Notes under the pieces: model-generated
Told to the model about the DNA's origin: nothing
Database searches by the model: none
Seen by the model: only the letters and a program-made list of their open reading frames with translations
Source: a virus
Virus genome (UHGV): UHGV-0091736
DNA length: 64,000 bases
Reading direction: 5' to 3' (one strand)
Position numbers and translations under genes: made by a program
Shown here: one piece after another, positions 12,332 to 21,305 of the stretch
Numbering within the stretch: position 1 is the first letter of the stretch
How the letters are laid out: each line of letters opens with the position of its first letter

Positions 12332-12484
12332 TCAATGGGTGTGCATCCAATTTAATCCAATCTGGCAATCAGAAGCCAGAGGACACTCCATGTTCAAATA
12401 CTCACCAGCTTTCTTGACACAAAGCTCGGTGTGCTCTTTGAGTTTCTTTACATCGTTACGATTAACTGAGAATTGGCCCTCATC
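12332..12484 (-). CDS. Family A DNA polymerase, exon 2 (C-terminal 50 aa including the DE of motif C)
   Basis: Translation DEGQF...NMECPLASDCQIGLNWMHTH resembles the T7 DNA polymerase C-terminus as I recall it. Confidence 0.7.
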   Translation of the reverse strand, partial: DEGQFSVNRNDVKKLKEHTELCVKKAGEYLNMECPLASDCQIGLNWMHTH

Positions 12485-13091
12485 CATTTACGTTATTCCC
12501 AAATTACTTCGGGTATCGGACTATATCATAACAGTATAGCTAATTTACTGTTGTTGGCGCTTCGAGGGTTTCCCTGTTAACCCCCTACTCCCGCAGGATA
12601 GTCTCTACACTTTCCACTTTCGAATCCATCTACAAGCGATTCCAAAGCTCACACCAAACCTTTCTGCAAGAGCAACACCAGTGCATTCATTGTTAAGCCA
12701 GAACTCTTTAGCAGCATCCTGTCTTTCTCTATTTCTGCCAGTGTTTGATTCAATAGCATGTGCACTACCTTCTAAGATTTCTAGATGGTCAGTATTACAA
12801 CAAGCTCTATTCTTGCATTTATGGTTAACTTCATAACCGTCAGGAATTTTTCCAAATTCCTCTTCCATGACGTATCTGTGATACATGACCCATTTGCCAT
12901 TTATCACTTTTCGAAAGTAACCGTCTTTATTTAATTTGTGTGAGATAGGGATGATACATCCTGTGCTAGTTGTTTCTAGCACTAGATCTTTCTTAGCCAT
13001 ATCACCTCCTAATAGCTTAGCTCGGTATTGCCCTCAACTTAATGGTCGGGTTTCACCGAGTTCACCAACTTTTACATGCACAATGAAGTTT
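12485..13091 (-). mobile_element. Self-splicing intron (probably group I) in the DNA polymerase gene, carrying an HNH ORF
   Basis: Exon 1 ends in T (CAT), intron ends in G (ATG); splicing restores HDE motif C in frame. Confidence 0.65.
12605..13000 (-). CDS. Intron-encoded HNH homing endonuclease
   Basis: GYEVNHKCKNRACCNTDHLEI motif; AGGAGG Shine-Dalgarno upstream of ATG. Confidence 0.7.
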   Translation of the reverse strand: MAKKDLVLETTSTGCIIPISHKLNKDGYFRKVINGKWVMYHRYVMEEEFGKIPDGYEVNHKCKNRACCNTDHLEILEGSAHAIESNTGRNRERQDAAKEFWLNNECTGVALAERFGVSFGIACRWIRKWKV

Positions 13092-14783
13092 ATGCATATC
13101 AATTACCTTAGCACAACGAACTCCATCCTTCTCAATCCACTTGTTAAGGAACATCATAGCGTATTTCATAACAACAGCACCAGCACATTGCAGGAGTGTG
13201 TTAAGTGCTTTATGAACCATAACTTTACCAGTGGCATCTCGTCTCATTGTAATCTTGCGACCATCAACACCAATCAAGTACCCTTGAGCAGCTTTCTCTG
13301 TCATGCGATCAATGAGGATTGCAATACATGGGTTCTCTGCCAAGAAACGTGCTCGCATCACTGAACCTTCATCAGCCCCGCCACCTACAATTGAACCAAG
13401 CTTAGCATCACCAGCACCATAGTTGAATGCATAGATAAATGTCTTAGCATTGTCACGAGTAGGGAGACCAGCAAGTTTCTGGTTGTGGGAGTGGATATCC
13501 CCTTCGAGGAGAATATCACGATACATAATAGCAGAAGCTAAACCGCGTTCTGCCAGAGCTTTCTTAGCTGGATTATTCTCTTCGATTGCTTCAGCAAGCA
13601 TATCTCTACATTCTTTGATGAGGTAGTGAGCGAGCATACGAAGTTCAAGTCCAGAACCATCATACCCTAAGAATACTTCTTTACCAGCGGGTATGTAATA
13701 TTTGTAAGCACCTACAGGTTTGTCTTTCTTCCCCGGCTTACCTTTCTCGTAAATTACGTTAGTACCTTTTCGTATATAACAACCATCAGGAACAACGTTA
13801 GTAATAACGAAAGGACGAGAGTGATCACTGTCTGAGTTATAGTCAGACTCAAACAAACTGCGACACTCGTGACCAAACAAACCACGGGAGGGAATATTAA
13901 CCACGATACGATGTTTGAATCGAAAAGTCGGCGTAGCGCAGCTGTTAGCTTCTGCCGAAAGTTTACCATCTTCGCGTTCCTTTGCTATAAGTCCACTGAT
14001 AAGACCTAGCCTGTGAGCCGCTACAACACGTCTCTTAAGCAAACTTCCAACACTCCCTAGCTCACCCCCTAACCCTTCTTCAAGAGTCTCCTCGAGGTTT
14101 GTAGGAGCTGTAGGCCACTTGTTTGATGTAGCTAGTGCTTTCTTAATCTCATCAAACGTTACAGGGTTACGGCGATTAGGGTTTAATCCCAAACCAAACA
14201 CGTAAGCCTTCATGTAATTCTTAGTCTTAAACCTAAAATGCTTTTCTAAGAATTTCTTGATATCAGCGTCAACCATCTCGGCTGTCTGCTTCTGCTTAGC
14301 ACTGCCTCTCATCCAAGCAGTGTACCAAGCCTGATATGTTCCATACTTTCGCATGTCTTTCTTAATTTCGAAAGTATTCCAAGGCTTCTTAGATACGTTA
14401 AACTCTGGAGGAAGAAAGCCCTCATCCATAAGAGCTTCTTTAACTCGTGCATCTTTCGATGGGTCAAAGTCTACATATTCTACACAGGTGAATGCTCCAC
14501 CAATGTCTTCTCTCTTCAGCCCAACCCTATCACAATAAGCTTGAGGCCACTTCTGCAAAGCACCAGACTTCTTAAACGGCTTCATGTAAGTAGAGCCATC
14601 TAATCTCATCTTAGGTAAGAGAGGAATCAACTCTCTATCAATATTAACAATAATCTCTTTAAGGAGGTGAACATACCACCGAGCATTTCTTCGGTTGAAA
14701 CTCACTCCGTGCTTTGCTTGCTTAGAGATTATATCAGCGACAGTCATCTCTGTCAAAAATGGAAGAGCGTCCGGGTTGCTCAC
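13092..14783 (-). CDS. Family A DNA polymerase (T7 gp5-like), exon 1, polymerase domain without the 3-prime to 5-prime exonuclease domain
   Basis: Motif B TRDNAKTFIYAFNYGAG and ALNTLLQCAGA; ORF stops 9 codons after the His of motif C. Confidence 0.8.
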
Positions 14784-14799
14784 TTTATACTCCTTTGAA

Positions 14800-15204
14800 T
14801 TATTGGTAAAGTAAATCTGTAAATGCTTGGTTGTCAGTTATTGCATCTAGGTCATTATGAGATACTCGGATAACATTACCTTCAACTCTCCACGGAGTTG
14901 GCGTAGGTGAAGACCTAACTTCAAGAGGCTGCTCTCTGACTAAATGGGCCATGACCCTCTGATTGGCAACTTCCTCTCTTTCTCGAATAGCTCTTTGGAT
15001 GTAGGCCAGCTTCATGCCCCAAGCTTCTTCAAACTCTTGAGGATGTTTGTCACTGATAACCACATACTGACGCTCAGGGATACCAGATCGAATCTCTGAT
15101 AATAATTCATGGAACAAATCAAGTTCATGTTCAGTGAGATTCATTTCGATATCATCCCACTTGAGAACTAAGAAACGGTTTTGATATCTAGTTGGTAATG
15201 GCAT
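14800..15204 (-). CDS. Hypothetical protein
   Basis: ORF only. Confidence 0.35.
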   Translation of the reverse strand: MPLPTRYQNRFLVLKWDDIEMNLTEHELDLFHELLSEIRSGIPERQYVVISDKHPQEFEEAWGMKLAYIQRAIREREEVANQRVMAHLVREQPLEVRSSPTPTPWRVEGNVIRVSHNDLDAITDNQAFTDLLYQ

Positions 15205-15207
15205 AGC

Positions 15208-15492
15208 TTAACCTTTTGGGAATGGCATTAAAGACTCCATAGCAGATTTAATTTTGCTATTGATTCGAGCATCTCTATAAGAGATAAACTTACCTTTGCT
15301 ATCTCGTAACATCACATGAGTTCTGGCTGTTGTGTTAGGAAGTAATGTAATCCCAGTTGGGATATTGTCAACCCCCACAGGGAGTTTGTGAATAGTCTTA
15401 CTTTCAGTTAATAGGTAAGACCAAGTAATTGGTTTACGATCTGTTCGATTAGGATATGTGTCTCGAATCTGAACCATAGCTAATTTATTCAT
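15208..15492 (-). CDS. Hypothetical protein, paralog of 15494..15745
   Basis: Shared motifs ARTNV(I/M)LR ... GKFISY ... PFPKG. Confidence 0.4.
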   Translation of the reverse strand: MNKLAMVQIRDTYPNRTDRKPITWSYLLTESKTIHKLPVGVDNIPTGITLLPNTTARTHVMLRDSKGKFISYRDARINSKIKSAMESLMPFPKG

Positions 15493-15493
15493 A

Positions 15494-15745
15494 TTAAACT
15501 CCTTTAGGGAATGGGATGAGGTTTTCTACTGCAACACGAAAAGATTTTTCTACATTCTTATTCTTATAAGAAATGAATTTACCATCAGCACCACGAAGGA
15601 TTACGTTAGTACGAGCTGTATTGGAAACTAAAGTGATCATAGAGATGGTGTTATTTTTTGAGTTGTTGTAGTTGTTATCGAAAGTCCACTTATCCAGACG
15701 ATCATCCATTACATCAATAATAGTTACAGTTTTTACGATAGACAT
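15494..15745 (-). CDS. Hypothetical protein, paralog of 15208..15492
   Basis: Shared motifs with the adjacent gene. Confidence 0.4.
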   Translation of the reverse strand: MSIVKTVTIIDVMDDRLDKWTFDNNYNNSKNNTISMITLVSNTARTNVILRGADGKFISYKNKNVEKSFRVAVENLIPFPKGV

Positions 15746-15776
15746 ATTTGTTACCTAAGAAGTTTAGTTTGGTTTA

Positions 15777-15809
15777 TATAAAAGAAAAGGCCACCCATTT
15801 GGGTAGCCT
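15777..15809 (-). terminator. Rho-independent terminator
   Basis: Hairpin GGCCACCC-ATTT-GGGTAGCC with T-run on the minus strand. Confidence 0.45.
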
Positions 15810-15813
15810 TATA

Positions 15814-16131
15814 TCATGATGAGCTTAAAGCTCCTTTGCGTGCTCCAGCTGCTTTTCCAGCTCGATCACCACTTTTGCCGCCGTTTGAACGGTTTGAGCT
15901 GACTGATTCAACACGTAAGTTGCTTGACGCATTAGAGCCTCCAGACTTGATAGCTCGTTTGTGTCCAACGTCTTTACCTCTGACAGCAGCTTTTCCATCG
16001 CGCTTTTCAACGATGCGACGTGCACGGTGGCGCTGAGCATCTCCGCTCTTGCTCCCAATGCCTGTTTCACCACGGGCAATTGCGGTACGTCTTTCTTGTG
16101 CATAATCTCTCTTTCCTACATGGTCTGCCAT
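15814..16131 (-). CDS. Basic Gly/Ser/Arg/Lys-rich protein; an alternative overlapping frame 15825..16103 also encodes a helical 92-aa ORF
   Basis: AAGGAG 7 nt upstream of ATG at 16131; the two frames cannot be separated by eye. Confidence 0.35.
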   Translation of the reverse strand: MADHVGKRDYAQERRTAIARGETGIGSKSGDAQRHRARRIVEKRDGKAAVRGKDVGHKRAIKSGGSNASSNLRVESVSSNRSNGGKSGDRAGKAAGARKGALSSS

Positions 16132-16167
16132 TTAAAACTCCTTAACATATCAGTGTACACTAAGGAG

Positions 16168-16176
16168 TATACATTA
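16168..16176 (-). promoter_or_regulatory. TAATGTATA promoter-like element
   Basis: Exact 9-mer on the minus strand about 37 nt upstream of the start at 16131. Confidence 0.4.
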
Positions 16177-16187
16177 TAAGTTACTGT

Positions 16188-17906
16188 TTAAGCTTTCTTT
16201 TCCATTGCTTTAACAATCGCCTTACAGAAACCAGAACGAACAATATCATCTGATTCACCATCTACAATCTCAGCAAACTCATACAGATCATGTTCATCAA
16301 TAAAGTTAGTAGCCCAAGTAAGACCACTCTCACGACCACGCATATCATGCTGGTTAGTATCACCCATGCAGAACAGCTGAGAGGTTTCTCCCAATCGAGT
16401 CATGATTGAGAAGGCTTCATCTTTAGTTGTGTTCTGGAACTCATCCACGATAACAATGGCATCATTGAAAGAGCGACCACGGAGATATTCCAGAGGTACA
16501 AATTCAATGTTACCATTTCCGATTTGGCATTCATAGAACCCCTTACCATATCGCTGAGTAATAACATCAATGATAGGCATCAGGTATGGTTCAAACTTCT
16601 CACGCATCCCCCCCGGAAGTAACCCAAGAGAGTTACCCATGCCGACCGAAGGGCGACTCAGAATGATCTTCTGAATCTTACCACTCTTCAGTGCATCAAT
16701 AACTGTGGAAGTGATTACAAAGGTCTTACCACAGTTACCTGTCACGAAAATGTTATCATCTCGACGGAGCAACAGAGCACCTGTTGAGGTTGTAAAGCAA
16801 TATTTAAAACCATCCTCCGTCTTCATCTTTGTGATCACAGCTTTCCCAGATTGTGGGTTGTTTGGGGTAATACTGATATGTGTCTGTTTAGAGAAATAAA
16901 CACGATACTCTAGAGATTTACGAGTATATCCACCATACTCCCGACCAACTCTGTCGTAAGTTATGATAGATGATTTGTAACCACACTGCATTCCTACAAA
17001 CTGGATATAGTCTGCATCATCTTTATCGGAAGTAAAGAAAGGTGGTAGTCTATTTCCTTGTAGGGCAAAACCCCCGTCCCAGAATTTAATCTCATCAAAG
17101 ATGATTTTAGCATCACTCTTGTTACACAAAGGCCAGTCTTTATACCTTTTAGTCGCACCTAGAAGAGAGAAAGATATTACATGAAACCCTGTATCATCTG
17201 ACTTTTCTGAGTAATCTAAATGGAGAGTATCCAATAACTCTTTGAGTCGAGAAATCTTCCTCTCTTTCTTTAATCTGAAGACGAATCGCGAGGTGGACTC
17301 TGTTTCCAAGTGGGCATCAGCCTTGATGGCAACATGAAGACGTAATTCAGGTTCAGATAGACCTAAACTTTTCCCTGAAACAAAGTTGGATGTAGTTTTA
17401 ATTAGACCCTCAAACCCTATCTTCTTCTTGTGGTGCCTTGAAAGAAGATCAGATACCTTGATTTTGTTCGCTTTGTCTTTATCTCCCTTACGATAATAAA
17501 CGACATTATGGTCATCACATAACGCCTGAGATATCCCACGGTATGTTTTAAACAAGTTCAACTCTTTACACTCTTGTTTAATATAAGCTACAGGTTTTTC
17601 TAAATGAGACTCTCCTGTGGTTAAGTTTACTGCTGTTATTAAATCACCTTCCACATAGTCAGAAATCTTTTTCCATCCAAACTCTGAGAGAAACTCGGTA
17701 TCCTTATCAACACAGCCCGCAGGAGCGTCTGTGAACACAACTTGTTTAGTCTTAATAGCATTGAGTAGCTCAGACTGAAACTGGTTCTGAGGGACTACAG
17801 GCTTTGCTAAAACCACCTCTTCATACTCTCGCTTACCCTTACGAGTAACAAGTGCTTCCCGACGAAGGTCTTTCCGTGATTCTTTCCTTGATTGACGACG
17901 ACTCAT
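16188..17906 (-). CDS. phoH: PhoH-like ATPase interrupted by an intein
   Basis: N-extein ends DAPAG, C-extein begins CGKTF; joined gives Walker A APAGCGKT, then Walker B IVIVDEFQNTT. Confidence 0.75.
   Translation of the reverse strand: MSRRQSRKESRKDLRREALVTRKGKREYEEVVLAKPVVPQNQFQSELLNAIKTKQVVFTDAPAGCVDKDTEFLSEFGWKKISDYVEGDLITAVNLTTGESHLEKPVAYIKQECKELNLFKTYRGISQALCDDHNVVYYRKGDKDKANKIKVSDLLSRHHKKKIGFEGLIKTTSNFVSGKSLGLSEPELRLHVAIKADAHLETESTSRFVFRLKKERKISRLKELLDTLHLDYSEKSDDTGFHVISFSLLGATKRYKDWPLCNKSDAKIIFDEIKFWDGGFALQGNRLPPFFTSDKDDADYIQFVGMQCGYKSSIITYDRVGREYGGYTRKSLEYRVYFSKQTHISITPNNPQSGKAVITKMKTEDGFKYCFTTSTGALLLRRDDNIFVTGNCGKTFVITSTVIDALKSGKIQKIILSRPSVGMGNSLGLLPGGMREKFEPYLMPIIDVITQRYGKGFYECQIGNGNIEFVPLEYLRGRSFNDAIVIVDEFQNTTKDEAFSIMTRLGETSQLFCMGDTNQHDMRGRESGLTWATNFIDEHDLYEFAEIVDGESDDIVRSGFCKAIVKAMEKKA
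16734..17714 (-). mobile_element. Intein (about 327 aa) inserted in the PhoH P-loop
   Basis: Starts with Cys (CVDKDTEF), ends with Asn (GN) before extein Cys; size leaves room for an endonuclease domain. Confidence 0.55.
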
Positions 17907-18088
17907 TTACGCTCTCCAATTTCTTCGTAATGACACTCAGTGGTTAAACAATCTTTACAGATTGCTGTGTAAACCCTGACGTTAGTAAATCGTTTGTTCT
18001 TCCCTTTGGTTGGAGAGCCTTTGGCAAGCTCTCTGATAACCTTGTTACTTAAATGAAGGTTTGTTCCTTCACATTTAGAGCACTTCAT
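17903..18088 (-). CDS. Small zinc-ribbon protein
   Basis: CSKC ... CKDC pairs. Confidence 0.4.
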   Translation of the reverse strand: MKCSKCEGTNLHLSNKVIRELAKGSPTKGKNKRFTNVRVYTAICKDCLTTECHYEEIGERK

Positions 18089-18404
18089 GGTTCATATCTT
18101 TATGAATCCTGTAAACAGCTGTCGCCATACAAGCAACAGCCTCATTGTGTGGGAGGTGCATCCCTGTAGAACCATCCCAATCTTTGAACTCATTGTCAAA
18201 GACTCCAGTAGGCTCTGGATACAGAGCTTGCAGCTCCACTAGATCATTAGCAACTTGTTGCCATTTATCATCAGACCAGATAGGGTCATCCAACCAGTAA
18301 TACAAATAGGAATGGATGATCAATTGCCTTCTGTGCCGATTAATTACTTCAGCGGGACTTATTTCACTTCCATTTGAAGTCCTAAATGTATTACTGTCAA
18401 TCAT
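18075..18404 (-). CDS. Hypothetical protein
   Basis: ORF only. Confidence 0.35.
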   Translation of the reverse strand: MIDSNTFRTSNGSEISPAEVINRHRRQLIIHSYLYYWLDDPIWSDDKWQQVANDLVELQALYPEPTGVFDNEFKDWDGSTGMHLPHNEAVACMATAVYRIHKDMNHEVL

Positions 18405-18619
18405 TTCACAACCTTAAATTTGAATGTTGTTGGGTGGTAATAGTGCAATCTATTGATAATGTGCTTATTCTCATGATAGGTAATACAAGCATGGCACATG
18501 GAATGAGTTAAACCAGTTACAGAATTAGGTTTAAAGTTGACAATAGGCTTCTCTTTCTTACAGAAGCTACACACTTTATGTGTCATCAGTTCTCCAAAGT
18601 TTTCTTCAGAGCTGCCCAT
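18401..18619 (-). CDS. Small Cys/His-rich (zinc-binding?) protein
   Basis: CSFC ... CHAC pairs. Confidence 0.35.
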   Translation of the reverse strand: MGSSEENFGELMTHKVCSFCKKEKPIVNFKPNSVTGLTHSMCHACITYHENKHIINRLHYYHPTTFKFKVVK

Positions 18620-19242
18620 GAGATTGGGTAGAGCTTAGCCATCTCTTCATCCAGAGATTGGGCAAACACTCGAACTTCATATTGAGCGTGAGAGGAGAGT
18701 CGCTGACGACACAACTCAAACCAGCCATACAAAGAACCGGTCCACACCCACTCAGTGATCATTCCCTGAGGAAGAACAAATCGAGCTTGCTCTGGTGCAA
18801 TAAATTCAATCAACTTGTCATATGCTGCTAGAGAAGCTTCATATGCATCATTAATCAGCATTAATGCTTCAGCTCGCTCTCCGTCAATGAGTTGAATCCC
18901 TGAACCTGCATGGAGGTCCGAAGGTCTCGCAAAAATCTCTTTAGGGATGAAGACTTCAACTGCTCCATCTTTATACCGCCGGGACATTTCGTTCCACGAG
19001 AATCCAACCTGATGCTTGCCCAACTGTCTCGCAATTGCGATAGGTGCTTTGCATCGGAAACTGACTTGCGGGTGTCGGAATGGGGTAACATGCTTCTCTC
19101 TTGCGAGGAAGTTGATGAGACGTTCATCACGTTCATTTAAATCACCTTCACGGGTTACGCCAAAGGAAACTCGAGCTGCGTTTACTACGCTACGATCACT
19201 TCCCATAGCTTCGATTAATGTTGCTTGTAGTTGTTCATTCAT
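18586..19242 (-). CDS. thyX: Flavin-dependent thymidylate synthase (ThyX-like)
   Basis: ThyX-like signature ARQLGKHQVGFSWNEMSRRY. Confidence 0.65.
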   Translation of the reverse strand: MNEQLQATLIEAMGSDRSVVNAARVSFGVTREGDLNERDERLINFLAREKHVTPFRHPQVSFRCKAPIAIARQLGKHQVGFSWNEMSRRYKDGAVEVFIPKEIFARPSDLHAGSGIQLIDGERAEALMLINDAYEASLAAYDKLIEFIAPEQARFVLPQGMITEWVWTGSLYGWFELCRQRLSSHAQYEVRVFAQSLDEEMAKLYPISWAALKKTLEN

Positions 19243-19257
19243 CCGTGAATTTCCTTA

Positions 19258-19467
19258 TTAATATTCTTTTACATAATAAATCACTAAGGTTCCCATCTCT
19301 GACAACGTTGATTTATGTAAGCTTATTTTACTATAAATCTTTGGAGCCATCTTAAGAGATTTCTTAAAACGGCGAGCATCTTTACGAGTAGCAAAGTGCT
19401 CTGTGACAGGTATAGACTGGTCTTGGTGGAGATAATATACCACCGTCCAATATTTTTTCATAATCAA
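19258..19467 (-). CDS. Hypothetical protein
   Basis: ORF only. Confidence 0.3.
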   Translation of the reverse strand: MIMKKYWTVVYYLHQDQSIPVTEHFATRKDARRFKKSLKMAPKIYSKISLHKSTLSEMGTLVIYYVKEY

Positions 19468-19736
19468 ACACCTAGGGCAGTAGTTAAGAATGCTTTCAGG
19501 TTTGCTTCGGTCTGCATACCAGAAATGCTGTAGTGTGCACCACTATTACGGTCAGGCACAATGAAAGCAGGGATACTTCGTACACCATACTTAACAGCTT
19601 GCTCACGACCATCACCTTCAAGGATGTTAATCTCTTCCACTTCTACATCAAACTCCTTAACAACCTTCTCAAAGGTAGGAGCCATTGCTTTACATGGAGC
19701 ACACTGATCACTATAAAACTTAATTACTTTAGACAT
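19464..19736 (-). CDS. Thioredoxin
   Basis: CAPCK active site; probable ATG at 19736 overlapping upstream stop (TAATG); track start at 19742 is TTG. Confidence 0.8.
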   Translation of the reverse strand: MSKVIKFYSDQCAPCKAMAPTFEKVVKEFDVEVEEINILEGDGREQAVKYGVRSIPAFIVPDRNSGAHYSISGMQTEANLKAFLTTALGV

Positions 19737-19906
19737 TAACAATCCTCGTTAACAAATTCTTTAAGGTGGCGTTTTGTGGTAGGGATTACGATGTAATCTT
19801 TATACCCTTGAGCTTTGGCTAAATCCTCAGCTATCTTTTTAGTAGCCCCCAATGCCATCACACACTGACAAACAATCACCGTGTGAGCTTTGTATTCGTC
19901 CTTCAT
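19736..19906 (-). CDS. Small hypothetical protein (56 aa), not in the ORF track
   Basis: ATG-initiated ORF MKDEYKAHTVIVCQC...; stop overlaps thioredoxin ATG. Confidence 0.3.
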   Translation of the reverse strand: MKDEYKAHTVIVCQCVMALGATKKIAEDLAKAQGYKDYIVIPTTKRHLKEFVNEDC

Positions 19907-19915
19907 TTAAGAACC

Positions 19916-20095
19916 TTATGCAGTCAGGAGGTGAAGCAGGAACGGGATAACAACAGCTACGATAACCATGATAGTTGATGCTGTTTGAATCTCACCTTTC
20001 TTATCAGGAGTTTCTTCAATAAGCTTACCAGAAGCCCAATAAATACCACCACCAATAAAGATAGCCCAAATACCCCATACGATTGCTGATAACAT
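19916..20095 (-). CDS. Small two-TM membrane protein (59 aa), holin-like; not in the ORF track
   Basis: Two hydrophobic helices separated by a charged loop (EETPDKKGE). Confidence 0.35.
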   Translation of the reverse strand: MLSAIVWGIWAIFIGGGIYWASGKLIEETPDKKGEIQTASTIMVIVAVVIPFLLHLLTA

Positions 20096-20151
20096 ACATC
20101 GATATCCTTATAAAGATAAAACCCCGTCTATTCCTAGACAGGGTTTGAGTT

Positions 20152-20730
20152 TTAGTAAGACACATCACCACTTGAATGGGACATGTTGCTCTTGACGAAG
20201 TAGCAATACTTGCCAAGACCTTCATTAATTTCTTGAAGCATACTCTGATCGACAGGATAGGATGCTAAATCACCATCAAACTCATCCATCTTCTCAATAA
20301 TACACATCAAGGTCATGCACATATCAGAGAGCATACCATCCATATCTAGGTCAGCATTACCCTCTGAGAACCAAGCATGAGAGAGATAGTTAGCTGCTGT
20401 AGCATCCACTTTAACACAGTGGTAACGCATACGTTCAGCAATACGATCTCCTACTTGTCGTGCGTAATCTTCCAGCTCATCAAACATACCATGAACACCC
20501 TGAAATCCTGCACCAGAGACGTTCCAGTGGTAGTTTTTAGCTTTGATATGCAAGAGTTCCATGTTAGCTTGTAAGCAGCTCAGGATGTGTTCTAGGCTGT
20601 TTCCACTAATCATACCCTGCATTGTTTCAAGGCGAGAGATTGAAAGCTCAGACCGGTCTAACATACTATAGCTGTCACGACCAATCTCAGGTAAATCAAA
20701 AACATTCTTATGCATTTGGATTTTCTCCAT
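20152..20730 (-). CDS. Dps-like ferritin-fold protein
   Basis: KNYHWNVSGAGFQGVHGMFDELEDYARQVGDRIAERM resembles the Dps ferroxidase-region signature. Confidence 0.55.
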   Translation of the reverse strand: MEKIQMHKNVFDLPEIGRDSYSMLDRSELSISRLETMQGMISGNSLEHILSCLQANMELLHIKAKNYHWNVSGAGFQGVHGMFDELEDYARQVGDRIAERMRYHCVKVDATAANYLSHAWFSEGNADLDMDGMLSDMCMTLMCIIEKMDEFDGDLASYPVDQSMLQEINEGLGKYCYFVKSNMSHSSGDVSY

Positions 20731-21037
20731 CAAGTTCAACTGAGTTAGCAACGTTACGTGCAATATTATCCATTACCTGCTGGGTAATTACGATGCAGTT
20801 CTGTGGGTCTACTGACTTAGAACGCCCCATTTCAGGGTCATACACCTTAACACGCTTAGCAGTTGAACCTGTAACCTGAAGAACCTTCAACAGATATCCC
20901 TGATTACCAATAGACCAAGCAACAACATCACGATTCTTGATAAAGCGACCAAGCATATCACGATGATAAAACTGTTGCATCACCTTGGATTTTGTAATCT
21001 CTTCAGTGGGCGGGGCCACTTTACTCAAATCTAACAT
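20708..21037 (-). CDS. Hypothetical protein
   Basis: ORF; AAATGTATA (one mismatch to TAATGTATA) about 40 nt upstream. Confidence 0.35.
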   Translation of the reverse strand: MLDLSKVAPPTEEITKSKVMQQFYHRDMLGRFIKNRDVVAWSIGNQGYLLKVLQVTGSTAKRVKVYDPEMGRSKSVDPQNCIVITQQVMDNIARNVANSVELDGENPNA

Positions 21038-21110
21038 AACTCTCTCCTGTAAAAATACAAATTCTTATTGTACTCTATATACATTTGAGAGTTACCATAT
21101 CTACTACCAA

Positions 21111-21305
21111 TTAGTAGTGAACTTTTCCACTGATATAAACACGACCAGAGGAATACTCTCTGGCCTTATGGATGTTAACGCTCTTAGTTAAGTCTCCATG
21201 GAACATAGACTTTTTAAAATCTCGAGCCTGTTGACGAGTAGATAATGCGGTCATAGTCGTACAACCAGATGACCACTTAATCTTCACTAACCAGAACTGT
21301 CTCAT
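21111..21305 (-). CDS. Hypothetical protein
   Basis: ORF only. Confidence 0.3.
   Translation of the reverse strand: MRQFWLVKIKWSSGCTTMTALSTRQQARDFKKSMFHGDLTKSVNIHKAREYSSGRVYISGKVHY

Noticed and set aside
12306-12539. Plus-strand 77-aa ORF
   Set aside because: It lies antisense to DNA polymerase exon 2 and the intron 3-prime end, which have a homology-supported reading on the minus strand.
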